DNA of 64,000 nt from positions 623-64,622 of the forward strand of contig JBBSSM010000011.1 in the NCBI GenBank assembly GCA_038242155.1, in the 5' to 3' direction. Below, piece by piece: positions 45,396-55,272 of this stretch. Both the position numbers and the translations under genes were made by a program. The notes under the pieces were generated by a model. The model searched no databases. It had not been told where the DNA came from and saw nothing but the letters and a program-made list of their open reading frames with translations. Origin of the DNA: Actinomycetales bacterium (lineage in GTDB: Bacteria > Actinomycetota > Actinomycetes > Actinomycetales > Micrococcaceae). How positions within the stretch are numbered: position 1 is the first letter of the stretch; every line of letters starts with the position of its first letter.

Positions 45396-45826
45396 GCGCC
45401 GCCGCCGCTTCCAGCAATGACAGAAACCACGCTAATGATCAGTGCCGCCAAGATGGCTGTCCAGAAAAAGTCGTCAATGGTGAACTGCACTGGCGTGAAG
45501 GCGCTAAACCAAGCCGTTAGCCACAGCATCCCGGCATTAATAACCACCGTGAACAAGCCCAGGGTCAACACTGTGACAGGTAATGAAAGGAGCTTCACCA
45601 CCGGCTTGACCAGCGCATTGACAGCACCAAAGACCAGACCAATGAACAAGTATCCCAAAAGGGTATTAATAATTCCGGCGCTGCCCGGGGCACCCGCCAC
45701 GTCACCGTGGAGGACCGTGGCGGCGTCAATGCTCATGCCGGGCAGGATCCAGCCGGCTACCCATAAAGCAAGGGCATTAACGGCAATCCGAAGCACAATT
45801 CTTCCCATGCCACCATGGTTCCACAC
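45380..45826 (-). CDS. Phage-holin-family-4-like small membrane protein
   Basis: GRIVLRIAVNALALWVAGWILPGM plus three further hydrophobic helices resembles the superfamily IV 4-TMS holin-like proteins common in actinobacteria. The start may be at 45808. Confidence 0.65.
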   Translation of the reverse strand: MWNHGGMGRIVLRIAVNALALWVAGWILPGMSIDAATVLHGDVAGAPGSAGIINTLLGYLFIGLVFGAVNALVKPVVKLLSLPVTVLTLGLFTVVINAGMLWLTAWFSAFTPVQFTIDDFFWTAILAALIISVVSVIAGSGGGAKSRH

Positions 45827-45874
45827 TCTGCTCTGTGAAGCGCGGGCTCAACTGCACTGGATTAGGCTGGAGCC

Positions 45875-46990
45875 ATGAACGAGTCCAACAGCACAAGACC
45901 AACCGGCATATACCCGCGCCCCGCTGTGGGCCGCTTGCCACAGTACGTGGCGGGAAAGCCGCCAGTTGCCGTGCCAGGGTTGGAGAGTTTCAAATTGTCC
46001 TCCAATGAAAACCCACTGGGACCAGTGCCGCCGGTGCAAGAGGTCATCCGCCAAGCCACGGGAGTCCACCGCTATCCCGACCCCGGCAGCACCCTGCTGC
46101 GCAACACCCTGAGTGACTTTTTGGACGTCCCCGCGGAGGACATTGTCACGGGCGCCGGGAGTTTGGGGGCCCTAAATCAGATCCTGGCTGCCTTTGCAGG
46201 ACAAAATGACGACGGCGGCCAGGACGAGGTGGTTTACGCCTGGCGTTCCTTTGAGGCCTACCCCATCTGTGTTGGCTTGGCCGGAGCTAAAAGTGTGCAG
46301 GTCCCCGTCCGCTCCGACGGCACTCACGACCTTGCTGCCATGGCTGCCGCTGTCACTATCAACACCCGGGTGATCTTGCTGTGCACGCCCAATAACCCCA
46401 CGGGTCCCGCACTGCGCTCGCAGGACGTCCATGACTTTTTGCGCGCTGTGCCCCCCCATATTGTGGTGGTGATTGATGAGGCTTACCAGGAGTTTGTCCG
46501 TATGGAGGGTGCAGTGGACGGGGTGAAGCTGTACTGCGAATTCCCCAATGTCATTGTGCTGCGCACATTCTCCAAGGCGCATGGACTGGCTGGCCTTCGG
46601 GTGGGGTATTCCATTTCACAACCGCAGATTACCCAGTATCTGCGGACCGCGGCCACACCCTTTGCCGTGTCCACCATTGGCGAACTTGCAGCTGTCGCTT
46701 CCTTGGAAAATTATGGACAAGTTGTGGAAAGGGTACAAAGCCTTGTCAACGAACGGGACCGCGTGGTAAGCGGTCTACGCAATTCGGGCTGGACGATTCC
46801 GGATGCGCAGGGCAACTTTGTGTGGCTGTCCCTGGGCCAGAAAACCCAAGAATTCGCAGCCCTCGCCGCCTCACAGGGCCTCTCCGTACGGGCCTTTGGC
46901 GATGAGGGTGTGCGCGTCAGTATTGGCGAAGTGGCAGGCAACAGCCGGTTTCTGGAAGTCTGTGCGGCCTATACAAATACGCCACAGTGA
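45875..46990 (+). CDS. Histidinol-phosphate/aromatic aminotransferase (class II PLP enzyme)
   Basis: LSSNENPLGP and RTFSKAHGLAGLRVGY (PLP-lysine motif), 371 aa. Confidence 0.88.
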   Translation: MNESNSTRPTGIYPRPAVGRLPQYVAGKPPVAVPGLESFKLSSNENPLGPVPPVQEVIRQATGVHRYPDPGSTLLRNTLSDFLDVPAEDIVTGAGSLGALNQILAAFAGQNDDGGQDEVVYAWRSFEAYPICVGLAGAKSVQVPVRSDGTHDLAAMAAAVTINTRVILLCTPNNPTGPALRSQDVHDFLRAVPPHIVVVIDEAYQEFVRMEGAVDGVKLYCEFPNVIVLRTFSKAHGLAGLRVGYSISQPQITQYLRTAATPFAVSTIGELAAVASLENYGQVVERVQSLVNERDRVVSGLRNSGWTIPDAQGNFVWLSLGQKTQEFAALAASQGLSVRAFGDEGVRVSIGEVAGNSRFLEVCAAYTNTPQ

Positions 46991-47159
46991 TCCCAGCGAT
47001 TAGCAAAGGCTCATTTTGCCAGCCGCTACCGATACAGTTGTAAATCGAAAACCTTTGAATATGCGCCTGCCGGAAGAGATTCCCACACAGGCATGTATCA
47101 GTACCACCGAGTCGGAACACGGTGCATGGCACCTTGATTTTGGCAGACGAGGAGTCAGC

Positions 47160-48356
47160 ATGGGCGCCGCCCAACCAGCTGCCACTAGTTCACTACGCAC
47201 CGCCGGTGTTTTGCAGGGGAATCCTGTGGGCCCCGACGAAGCGCTGCAGCTACTGGATGAACATGGCACCCGCCACTACGACGAGCACTTTAGCCCGTTC
47301 GTGGACAGCCTTGACCCCGAAATACTTAGGGGTTTTTATCGCGACATGGCGCTGGTACGGCGCTTTGATGTGGAGGCCACGGCCCTGCAGCGCCAAGGCG
47401 AACTGGCCCTCTGGGTTCCGATGGTGGGCCAGGAAGCTGCCCAAATCGGCTCTGGCCGTGCCATGACCGGCGCCGACTATGCCTTCCCCACCTACCGTGA
47501 GCATGGCGTGGCCCTTACCCGCGGCCTGGATCTGGCGGCGCTACTGAAACTTTTCCGCGGTGTCTCCAATGGCGGTTGGGATCCCCGGGAATGCAACTTC
47601 CACCTCTATACCCTGGTGCTGGCGGCCCAGGTCCCGCACGCGGTGGGCTACGCCATGGGTATTCAACGTGACCAAATGCTTGATCCCGCCACGGAACGCG
47701 CTGCCGTGGTGGCATATTTCGGGGATGGATCCAGCAGCGAGGGAGACGTCCACGAGTCAATGGTCTTTGCTGCCTCTTATAACGCTCCCGTGGTGTTTTT
47801 TTGCCAAAACAACAACTGGGCCATTTCCGTGCCCTTCGAAGTGCAGTCTAAAATTCCCCTGGTCAACCGTGCCGGCGGCTACGGCATCCCCGGTCTTCGC
47901 GTTGACGGCAATGATGTTTTGGCCGTCTACGCCGCAACGCAGTGGGCGCTGGACCATGCCCGCAACGGCCACGGCCCCGTGCTCATTGAGGCCTCCACAT
48001 ATCGGGTGGGTGCGCACACGACGGCCGATGACCCTACCAAGTACCGCCTGCTCGCTGAGGAGGAGCTGTGGAAAACCAAAGATCCGCTGCAGCGCCTCGA
48101 GACCTACCTTCGGGCCGAAAACATCATAGATGACGCCTTCTTTGAGCAGCTCAAGCACGACGGCGACGAGCTGGCAGCGCATGTCCGCAAGGAAACACTG
48201 GCCTTAGGGGGTGCGGACATCCGCCAAAAGTTCGCCACGGTTTACGCCGAAGCCCATCCCCTGGTGACAGAGGAATTGGCGTGGTTTGAAAATTATGAAG
48301 CATCCTTCACAGACGCCCAGTCCCAGAACTCGCAGAACCCAGGCGGTGCAGCATGA
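47160..48356 (+). CDS. 2-oxoacid dehydrogenase E1 component, alpha subunit (ThDP-dependent; BCKDH/PDH type)
   Basis: YRDMALVRRFD, FPTYREHG and YFGDGSSSEGDVHE (ThDP-binding motif). ATG at 47160 follows GAGGAG; the track start at 47016 is probably too early. Confidence 0.88.
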   Translation: MGAAQPAATSSLRTAGVLQGNPVGPDEALQLLDEHGTRHYDEHFSPFVDSLDPEILRGFYRDMALVRRFDVEATALQRQGELALWVPMVGQEAAQIGSGRAMTGADYAFPTYREHGVALTRGLDLAALLKLFRGVSNGGWDPRECNFHLYTLVLAAQVPHAVGYAMGIQRDQMLDPATERAAVVAYFGDGSSSEGDVHESMVFAASYNAPVVFFCQNNNWAISVPFEVQSKIPLVNRAGGYGIPGLRVDGNDVLAVYAATQWALDHARNGHGPVLIEASTYRVGAHTTADDPTKYRLLAEEELWKTKDPLQRLETYLRAENIIDDAFFEQLKHDGDELAAHVRKETLALGGADIRQKFATVYAEAHPLVTEELAWFENYEASFTDAQSQNSQNPGGAA

Positions 48357-49327
48357 GCACAATGACCATTGCTAAGGCCATCAATGAAGGTTTGCGTGCC
48401 ACGCTGGGTAATGACCCGAAGAGTTTCCTTATGGGCGAGGACATTGGTTCCCTCGGTGGCGTGTACCGTGTGACCGAGGGCTTGAAAAAGGAATTCGGCG
48501 CCCACCGCGTCATGGACACTCCCTTGGCCGAATCCGGGATTATAGGCACAGCCATTGGCATGGCGCTGCGGGGCCACAGGCCCATTTGTGAGATTCAATT
48601 CGATGGGTTCGTGTTCCCTGCCTTCAATCAAATCACCACGCAGCTGGCCAAGATTCACACCCGTTCCGATGGCCAGCTCAGCGCACCCGTGGTCATCCGT
48701 ATCCCCTACGGCGGCGGCATTGGTTCCATTGAGCATCACTCGGAATCGCCGGAAGCGTTGTTTGCCCACACGGCAGGGCTGCGCATCATCACTCCGTCCA
48801 ATGCCAATGATGCCTACTGGATGATTCAGCAGGCAGTGCAGTGCAAGGACCCGGTAATTTTCTTTGAGCCCAAACGCCGTTATTGGTCCAAGGGCGTGGT
48901 GGATACTGACAATGATCCCGGTGACCCCTTCAAAGCCCACGTGGTGCGCGAGGGCAATGACGCAACATTGGTGGCCTACGGCCCGCTGGTGCCCGTGGCC
49001 CTCGCCGCAGCCAACGCAGCGGCCGAGGACGGGCGCAGCGTTGAGGTCATTGACCTGCGGTCCATCTCGCCCATTGATTTTGACACCGTGGAAGCGTCGG
49101 TGACCAAGACGGGACGCTTGGTGGTAGCTCACGAGGCACCTACCTTCGGGGGCATTGGCGGGGAGATCGCCGCGCGCATCAGCGAACGTTGCTTTTACTC
49201 TTTGGAGGCCCCCGCCATCCGTGTAGGTGGCTTCCACATGCCCTACCCGGTTGCGCGGGTCGAAGAGCACTACCTCCCGGACATTGACCGCATGTTGGAG
49301 GCGCTGGACCGCGCCTTCGCATATTAG
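48353..49327 (+). CDS. 2-oxoacid dehydrogenase E1 component, beta subunit
   Basis: [34 protein letters not shown] and [17 protein letters not shown] are typical. The start overlaps the alpha-subunit stop. Confidence 0.92.
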   Translation: MSTMTIAKAINEGLRATLGNDPKSFLMGEDIGSLGGVYRVTEGLKKEFGAHRVMDTPLAESGIIGTAIGMALRGHRPICEIQFDGFVFPAFNQITTQLAKIHTRSDGQLSAPVVIRIPYGGGIGSIEHHSESPEALFAHTAGLRIITPSNANDAYWMIQQAVQCKDPVIFFEPKRRYWSKGVVDTDNDPGDPFKAHVVREGNDATLVAYGPLVPVALAAANAAAEDGRSVEVIDLRSISPIDFDTVEASVTKTGRLVVAHEAPTFGGIGGEIAARISERCFYSLEAPAIRVGGFHMPYPVARVEEHYLPDIDRMLEALDRAFAY

Positions 49328-49337
49328 GAAGGCACCC

Positions 49338-50744
49338 ATGTCTACCCTCAAGTTCTTTAAGCTTCCCGACGTTGGCGAAGGCCTTTTGGAGGCCGAGATT
49401 GTCACTTGGAAGGTCAAGCTCGGCGATATTGTGGCCGTCAATGACGTGATTGTGGAAATTGAAACCGCCAAGTCCATTGTGGAGCTGCCTTCCCCCTACG
49501 CAGGCATGGTGGCGCAGCTGATGGTGGCCGAGGGGGAGACCGTGGAGGTGGGTACGCCCATCATTGCCATTGGTGCGGAGGCTGCCACGGAAACTGCTAC
49601 CCTTCCGGAGGTGCCCGCGATACCTGTGGCGGCCACGGCTGAAGCTGAAACCATGAAGCCCCTGGTAGGTTCAGGTCCGAAGGCCGACGCCGTCAAGCGC
49701 CGGCCCAGGGTGGGTTCGGCCCCTGTAGTGCCGACTCCCGTAGTGCCGGCTCCGGTGGCCGCTGAAGCTTTCACTCCTGCGCCAGTTCCGGCACCTGCGC
49801 CGACGTCGAACATGCCCGCGCCGACGTCGAACGTGCCCGCGCAACTGCCACGGTCCGCACGTGCGCTGGCCAAACCTCCCGTGCGCAAGGCAGCGAAAAA
49901 CCTGGGCATCGACCTCAATGAAGTCTCTGCAACCGGGGTGCGTGGTGAGGTCACGCATAAGGACCTGCTCAGCTATCAGGAGCAGCGGGTGGCCGAGCAG
50001 GATCAGGCAGGTACCTTCTGGGCCCCTGCCATCGCTTCCGGTTTGGCGCAGGACCCCCGGATCGAACGGATCAAGGTCAAGGGCGTCCGCAAAGCGACCG
50101 CCAAGGCCATGGTTGAAAGTGCTTTCTCGGCTCCACATGTCAGCATTTTTGTGGACGTGGACGCCTCACGCACCATGGAATTCGTGAAGCGCCTGAAGGT
50201 TTCCCGTGATTTTGAGGGTATTAGGGTTTCGCCCCTGTTGATCCTGGCGAAGGCCGTCATTTGGGCGGCGGCACGGAACCCGTCGGTCAATGCGACATGG
50301 ACCGGGGAGGAAATCATCATTAAGCACTTCATGAACCTGGGCATTGCCGCAGCCACGCCCCGGGGTCTCATGGTCCCTAACATCAAGGACGCGCAGGAGC
50401 TGTCCTTGAAGGAACTGGCCATTGCCTTGAACGAGCTGGCCACCACGGCGCGTGCCGGCAGGACGCAGCCAGCTGCCATGCAGGGCGGCTCGCTGACCAT
50501 CACCAATATTGGTGCGCTGGGGATTGATACGGGGACCCCCATCATCAACCCGGGCGAGGTGGCTATTGTGGCCTTTGGAACCATTAAGCAAAAGCCGTGG
50601 GTGCTGGATGGGGAAGTCATTCCCCGCTGGATCACCACACTGGGCGGTTCCTTCGACCACCGCGTCGTGGACGGGGACCTTTCCGCCCGGTTCATGGCAG
50701 ATGTGGCAGCCATCCTCGAAGAGCCGGCGCTGCTGCTGGATTAG
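49338..50744 (+). CDS. Dihydrolipoamide acyltransferase (E2) component
   Basis: Lipoyl domain ([18 protein letters not shown]...IETAKS), a Pro/Ala linker, a subunit-binding domain and a catalytic C-terminus (SFDHRVVDG). ATG at 49338. Confidence 0.92.
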   Translation: MSTLKFFKLPDVGEGLLEAEIVTWKVKLGDIVAVNDVIVEIETAKSIVELPSPYAGMVAQLMVAEGETVEVGTPIIAIGAEAATETATLPEVPAIPVAATAEAETMKPLVGSGPKADAVKRRPRVGSAPVVPTPVVPAPVAAEAFTPAPVPAPAPTSNMPAPTSNVPAQLPRSARALAKPPVRKAAKNLGIDLNEVSATGVRGEVTHKDLLSYQEQRVAEQDQAGTFWAPAIASGLAQDPRIERIKVKGVRKATAKAMVESAFSAPHVSIFVDVDASRTMEFVKRLKVSRDFEGIRVSPLLILAKAVIWAAARNPSVNATWTGEEIIIKHFMNLGIAAATPRGLMVPNIKDAQELSLKELAIALNELATTARAGRTQPAAMQGGSLTITNIGALGIDTGTPIINPGEVAIVAFGTIKQKPWVLDGEVIPRWITTLGGSFDHRVVDGDLSARFMADVAAILEEPALLLD

Positions 50745-52099
50745 TTGGCGGCCGCAGCCTGTTGCGCGATGGTCCCGGCTAAGACCGGGGCCAGGCGCTT
50801 CACACCTTCGCGCAGCGTAGCCGGGGGCACGGCGCTGAACGCCAGACGCAGCTTGTTGCTGGGACCTGGCGTTGCCGTAAAGGCAGCGCCAGGGACAAAG
50901 ACCACCCCCGCGTCTATGCCCTTTTGCAACAGGGGATAAGTGTCAATTCCTTCGGGCAGTGTCAGCCAGACAAAGAATCCTCCTGCGGGGCGGGTCCAGG
51001 AAACACCCGCAGGCATAAATTCCGTCAGGGCAGCCAGAAGCGCCTCGCAACGCTCTTGGTACAGCGCCCGATAAGTGCGGATTTGTCCCTGCCAGTCGTA
51101 ATTGGCCAAGTAGTTGCTGATCAGGAGCTGGTTAAATGAGGGCGGGCATAGCGTGACGGCCTCACTGGCCAAATAAAATCGCTGCTTCAAGTGGGCAGGC
51201 ACCAGCGCCCAGCCAATGCGTAAACCGGGGGCGAAAATTTTGGAAAAGGAACCCAGATACAGCACATCGTCGGGATTTGCGGCACGCAGGGGCTCAGGCA
51301 GGACGCCGTCAAACTTCAATAGGCCGTAGGGATTGTCTTCCACCACCAGAATATTCGCCTCTCGGCATATATCAATGATTTCCTGGCGGCGCTCCGGGGC
51401 GAGGGTCACCCCGGAAGGGTTATTGAAGTTGGGGATGGTGTACAGCAGTTTAATGCGCTTACCTTTACCCTGCAGCTCGGCAATGCGTGTCCGCAAGGTG
51501 GCGGGAAGGATGCCGTGCTCATCACCGGCTACGGGCTGTACATCCACCTCATAGGCCTCAAAGGTGTTGAGCGCGCCCACATAGGTGGGGTCTTCGAGCA
51601 AAATGACATCGCCGGGATTGCAGAACACCTTGGCGGCTATGTCCTGGGCTGATTGGGAACCTGCTGTAATCACCACATTGTCCGGATCGGCGTCGTGGAT
51701 ACCCTCGGCTGCCATCACCTCACAAATCTGCGTACGCAACTCCAGCGTGCCCTGTCCTCCGCCGTACTGCAGTGCCTCAAGTCCGTGCTGCGCAATGATG
51801 GTTGCCGCCGTCTCGGCCAAACGGTCCAAAGGCAGGGACTGCAAGTAGGGATTGCCGCCAGCGAGTGAGACTAGTCCCGGCTGCATGGAAATTTCAAAGA
51901 CATCCCGCACGGCAGATTGTTTAATGTTTGCAGCCCGGGCGGAGACCAGGGAGTCGTGCCGATGGGCGCCGGGTACGGCGTCCTGCGCGGGAATGGCGCT
52001 TTCTTCGGCCCGGGTCAAGGCATCAATGGCTTCTTCGGGCAGAATTTCTGCGGCACCCACGGCGCCGGAGGCTGAGGTATTCACGTGCTCAGGATACAA
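50741..52099 (-). CDS. PLP-dependent aminotransferase, class I/II (2-aminoadipate/aromatic type)
   Basis: [28 protein letters not shown] and [15 protein letters not shown] (PLP lysine), 452 aa. Confidence 0.85.
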   Translation of the reverse strand: MYPEHVNTSASGAVGAAEILPEEAIDALTRAEESAIPAQDAVPGAHRHDSLVSARAANIKQSAVRDVFEISMQPGLVSLAGGNPYLQSLPLDRLAETAATIIAQHGLEALQYGGGQGTLELRTQICEVMAAEGIHDADPDNVVITAGSQSAQDIAAKVFCNPGDVILLEDPTYVGALNTFEAYEVDVQPVAGDEHGILPATLRTRIAELQGKGKRIKLLYTIPNFNNPSGVTLAPERRQEIIDICREANILVVEDNPYGLLKFDGVLPEPLRAANPDDVLYLGSFSKIFAPGLRIGWALVPAHLKQRFYLASEAVTLCPPSFNQLLISNYLANYDWQGQIRTYRALYQERCEALLAALTEFMPAGVSWTRPAGGFFVWLTLPEGIDTYPLLQKGIDAGVVFVPGAAFTATPGPSNKLRLAFSAVPPATLREGVKRLAPVLAGTIAQQAAAAN

Positions 52100-52133
52100 C
52101 TATTGTTGCCAAATATGCATCAAAAGTTTTCTT

Positions 52134-53621
52134 CTAGTTCTTGGAGGCCCCAGTCTCAGGGGTGGGATGGGTCTCAGGGGCGTGACGGGTCTGAGGGGCA
52201 GAAGGTGCAGAAGCTGCGGAGGGCATTTGCTTCCCTGCCGGGCCGGCAGCGGAGCTCCCCAGCAAGCTGCGGGTCAGGGATTCGCCCTCGGCCAGTAAAA
52301 GATCAATGGCTTCGCCGAGGTGCTTTTCGCCCGGTGCCGACCCGGCCAGTGACGCCGCCAATACTGCGCGCCGGATGAGTTCCTTGGCAAACGAGGCAGT
52401 GGTCCCGGCTGTTCGTGCAGCAGCAGCCGACACCGCTTCTGCCGGGAACCCGACGTCTTGGGAGTACAGCTGCAGCAGGGCTGCACGCTCATTGACGGAA
52501 GGGAGGGGAATTTCCACCGCCAGATCCACGCGTCCGGGCCGTTGCGCCAGTGCCCGCTCCAGCATGTCCACGCGGTTGGTGGTCAGCACGAAGGCAACGT
52601 CGCTGTCATTGTCCAGACCATCCATGGCATCCATGACTTCAAAAAGCAGCGGCTGCGGACCATGACCAAAACTCCTGTCCTCGGCAATGAGGTCGCAGTC
52701 CTCCAACACCACCACGGACGGGGCCAGGGCCCGGGCCATTTTGGCGGCCTCCGCAATGCGGGCCAGCGAACCACCGGACAGCAGCACCGCCGTCGTCCCT
52801 GCACTGCGGCTGAGCAGGTACCTCACGGTATGTGTCTTGCCCGTTCCCGGAGGCCCATAGAGCAACAATCCGCGCTTAAGGTGTTGGCGGTAAGAGCCCA
52901 GGGTCGCTGCGGCCAGGCCAATGCCCAGGGTGTGTCCCTCCACGCGGTCCAGAACCCCTTCCGGAAGCACCACGTCTTCCCTCTTGAGCTCCGGCCGGGC
53001 ATGGAACGTCACCCCGCCAATACTGGGACCATAGTCGCTGGCGGTGAGGGAAATGATTTGGCCTTTAAAGACACTGCGTGATTCCATGCCGTGGCGCAGC
53101 TCGGCCAGGAGGGCTGCGGCCGTGGCAGGCTCGGCGACGAGGACTTCCAGTACTGCCTGCTGGCGGCCGAACTGGGGATTGGCTGCGCGCTGCAACACCG
53201 CCACCGGCGAGCCGGCGTGGTGAAACAGCCACACTCCAAATGAAACAATCTGGCGCTGTTCCGCCGGTCCCACCGCGACGTTGCTGTAGTCCGGCTGGGA
53301 TAGGGGAAAATTTGCGTAACTAAGCGACTGCTGGATCATGTCGCTAAACGATATGTGGGCACGATGGTCCCCGCAGCCGATCCCCAATAGCTGGCTGCGC
53401 GGATCGGCCGCTGCCATTTCCGCCAGCAAAATGTCGGCGTCCACGAGCCGGTGGGAGGGAACTTCTTCCACCACCACCGACAACTCAGCCGGTGACACGC
53501 CCAGGAACAATGTCAGTTCCTTGAGCAGCCGCCTGCCGTCGGGCACCTGGGTGGCCTGCTTTTGAGCGAGCTCAACCAACGCACTGAAGTCGGTGACAAA
53601 TTTCCCCAATGAACCGTCCAT
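52134..53621 (-). CDS. AAA+ ATPase (classic-clade single AAA module) with an uncharacterised ~230-aa N-terminal domain
   Basis: Walker A (LLLYGPPGTGKTH), Walker B (VVVLEDCD), and TTNRVDMLERALAQRPGRVD (sensor-1 / second region of homology). I did not recognise the N-terminal domain. Pro/Ser/Thr-rich tail. Confidence 0.8.
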   Translation of the reverse strand: MDGSLGKFVTDFSALVELAQKQATQVPDGRRLLKELTLFLGVSPAELSVVVEEVPSHRLVDADILLAEMAAADPRSQLLGIGCGDHRAHISFSDMIQQSLSYANFPLSQPDYSNVAVGPAEQRQIVSFGVWLFHHAGSPVAVLQRAANPQFGRQQAVLEVLVAEPATAAALLAELRHGMESRSVFKGQIISLTASDYGPSIGGVTFHARPELKREDVVLPEGVLDRVEGHTLGIGLAAATLGSYRQHLKRGLLLYGPPGTGKTHTVRYLLSRSAGTTAVLLSGGSLARIAEAAKMARALAPSVVVLEDCDLIAEDRSFGHGPQPLLFEVMDAMDGLDNDSDVAFVLTTNRVDMLERALAQRPGRVDLAVEIPLPSVNERAALLQLYSQDVGFPAEAVSAAAARTAGTTASFAKELIRRAVLAASLAGSAPGEKHLGEAIDLLLAEGESLTRSLLGSSAAGPAGKQMPSAASAPSAPQTRHAPETHPTPETGASKN

Positions 53622-53722
53622 GCGCCGACCCTAACAGGATGCCTGACCCGGCGCGGATTGTTGCGTGGACCTGCGGAACTGCCCCGCCAAACCAGCGGAC
53701 CGGACTGTCCTGCGGAACTGCC

Positions 53723-54100
53723 TTAGGAACTGTGCGCATCCTTTTGGGTGGCCAGCCAGGCCATGACGTCCTGCCGGCGGATGCGCCGGTGTGAGCCGCG
53801 GTATTGCACAGCTATGTGACCGCGATCGGTGAGGTTACGGAGGAACGTGTGGGAAATGCCCGCCAGTTCGGCCGCCTGGGACGTGCTGAGCAGCTCGGCG
53901 ATGCTGGCCACACTCACGGCATCTCCCTGGGAAAGCCGCTGCAGCAAATCCAGCACGGATTCCCTCGCTCCTGCGCTGAGGCGATGCGCCGTGCCGTCAA
54001 CAAAGACAGTCACGTCATCGCTTGAGTCCAGTGCGCGGGCTAGGGCTGCTTGCTCGGCAACGTCCAGCGGGGAGCTGATTCTCGGCGCATTTAATGTCAT
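53723..54100 (-). CDS. Excisionase/MerR-like helix-turn-helix DNA-binding protein
   Basis: 125 aa. The C-terminus (LSTSQAAELAGISHTFLRNLTDRGHIAVQYRGSHRRIRRQDVMAWL) is HTH_17/excisionase-like. ATG at 54100. The longer track ORF to 54550 is antisense to the oxidoreductase gene. Confidence 0.7.
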   Translation of the reverse strand: MTLNAPRISSPLDVAEQAALARALDSSDDVTVFVDGTAHRLSAGARESVLDLLQRLSQGDAVSVASIAELLSTSQAAELAGISHTFLRNLTDRGHIAVQYRGSHRRIRRQDVMAWLATQKDAHSS

Positions 54101-54133
54101 AAAAACATAGTAGTGGGCTGTAGTGTGAGGAAC

Positions 54134-55174
54134 ATGGAGCGTAAAATTCGCACTGCACTGCTGGGCTACGGATTGGCTGGCAGTGTTTTTCATGCTCCTG
54201 CCCTGAGCGTTCTGACGGATTTTAGCCTTGAGGTCATTGTGACCTCCGACCCCGTGCGGCAGGCACAGGCCCGCGCCGCTTATCCCCATGTGACAGTGCT
54301 GAGCCGTGATGAGTGGGATGAAGCCAACAACGGCACCGACGTGGACTTGGTGGTGGTGGGAACCCCGCCAGCCAGCCACGCACCTTTGGCGAGACGGGCT
54401 TTGGAGGCGGGCTGCGCCGTCGTGGTCGATAAGCCTTTTACGTTGAGCAGCGCCGAGGGAGAAGCGCTGGTCGCGCTGGCAAAGGAAAAGGATTTGCTGC
54501 TCACCAGCTATCAAAACAGGCGCTGGGACGGCGAGTTCCTCACGGTGCAAAAGTTATTGGCTGAGGGTGCGCTGGGCACGGTTCACCGTTTTGAATCCCG
54601 ATTTGAACGCTGGCAGCCGCAGATTACCAAGCCGTGGAAGGCCCAGGCCACGGCCCAGGAGGGTGGAGGTGTGCTGTTTGATTTGGGGACCCACGCCATT
54701 GATCAAGCGCTTTCGCTGTTTGGACCAGTGGAGCAGGTGTACGGGGAGCTTGCCGCGCACCGGCCCGAGGAACGTGCGGACGACGACGTCTTTGTGGCCC
54801 TGCACCACAGCAACGGCGTCATTTCACATTTGTGGCTCAACCTTTGCGCCGCGCAAATTGGTCCACGGCTCCGGGTCCTTGGCTCCCGGGCCGGCTACCT
54901 GAAACACTCTGCCGATGTTCAGGAAGCCCAAATTCAAGCCGGCATCCTGCCCGGTGATGCCGCCTATGGAGTAGATCCGGAGGAGGCTTGGGGGACACTG
55001 GGTCTGGAGGAGGGCCTCGTGGCAATCCCCACGGAGCGTGGGAATTTTCTGCGATTCTATGAATTGCTGGCAGCAGCTGTGCTGGACGGCGGGCCGGTCC
55101 CGGTGGATCCCCTCGATTCAGTGGAGGGGTTGCGCATTATTGAACAGCTGCGGCGCGTCTGTGTGCGGCACTAA
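54134..55174 (+). CDS. Gfo/Idh/MocA family oxidoreductase
   Basis: IRTALLGYGLAGSVFHAP Rossmann N-terminus and VVVDKPF...SYQNRRWDG are typical of the family. Confidence 0.85.
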   Translation: MERKIRTALLGYGLAGSVFHAPALSVLTDFSLEVIVTSDPVRQAQARAAYPHVTVLSRDEWDEANNGTDVDLVVVGTPPASHAPLARRALEAGCAVVVDKPFTLSSAEGEALVALAKEKDLLLTSYQNRRWDGEFLTVQKLLAEGALGTVHRFESRFERWQPQITKPWKAQATAQEGGGVLFDLGTHAIDQALSLFGPVEQVYGELAAHRPEERADDDVFVALHHSNGVISHLWLNLCAAQIGPRLRVLGSRAGYLKHSADVQEAQIQAGILPGDAAYGVDPEEAWGTLGLEEGLVAIPTERGNFLRFYELLAAAVLDGGPVPVDPLDSVEGLRIIEQLRRVCVRH

Positions 55175-55272
55175 ACTGCTGCGTAAGCCGGCTTTGGGAC
55201 AGACCCGGACAGGACCCCGAACAGACCAGACAGAAGCAGCACAGTAATAGCGCACAGGAGGCCGCCGCAGCC

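Noticed and set aside
45380-45826. Holin-family gene as evidence of a prophage.
   Set aside because: No lysin, capsid, tail, integrase or other phage genes are nearby. This 4-TMS family is widespread as a stand-alone chromosomal gene.
48293-49477. 394-aa minus-strand ORF.
   Set aside because: It is antisense to the E1-beta gene. Same reasoning: a GC-rich antisense frame lacking stops.
54101-54550. Upstream 150 aa of the 275-aa minus-strand ORF.
   Set aside because: This part overlaps the Gfo/Idh/MocA gene on the opposite strand and has His/Gly/Gln-rich nonsense composition. The HTH protein is taken to start at the ATG at 54100.
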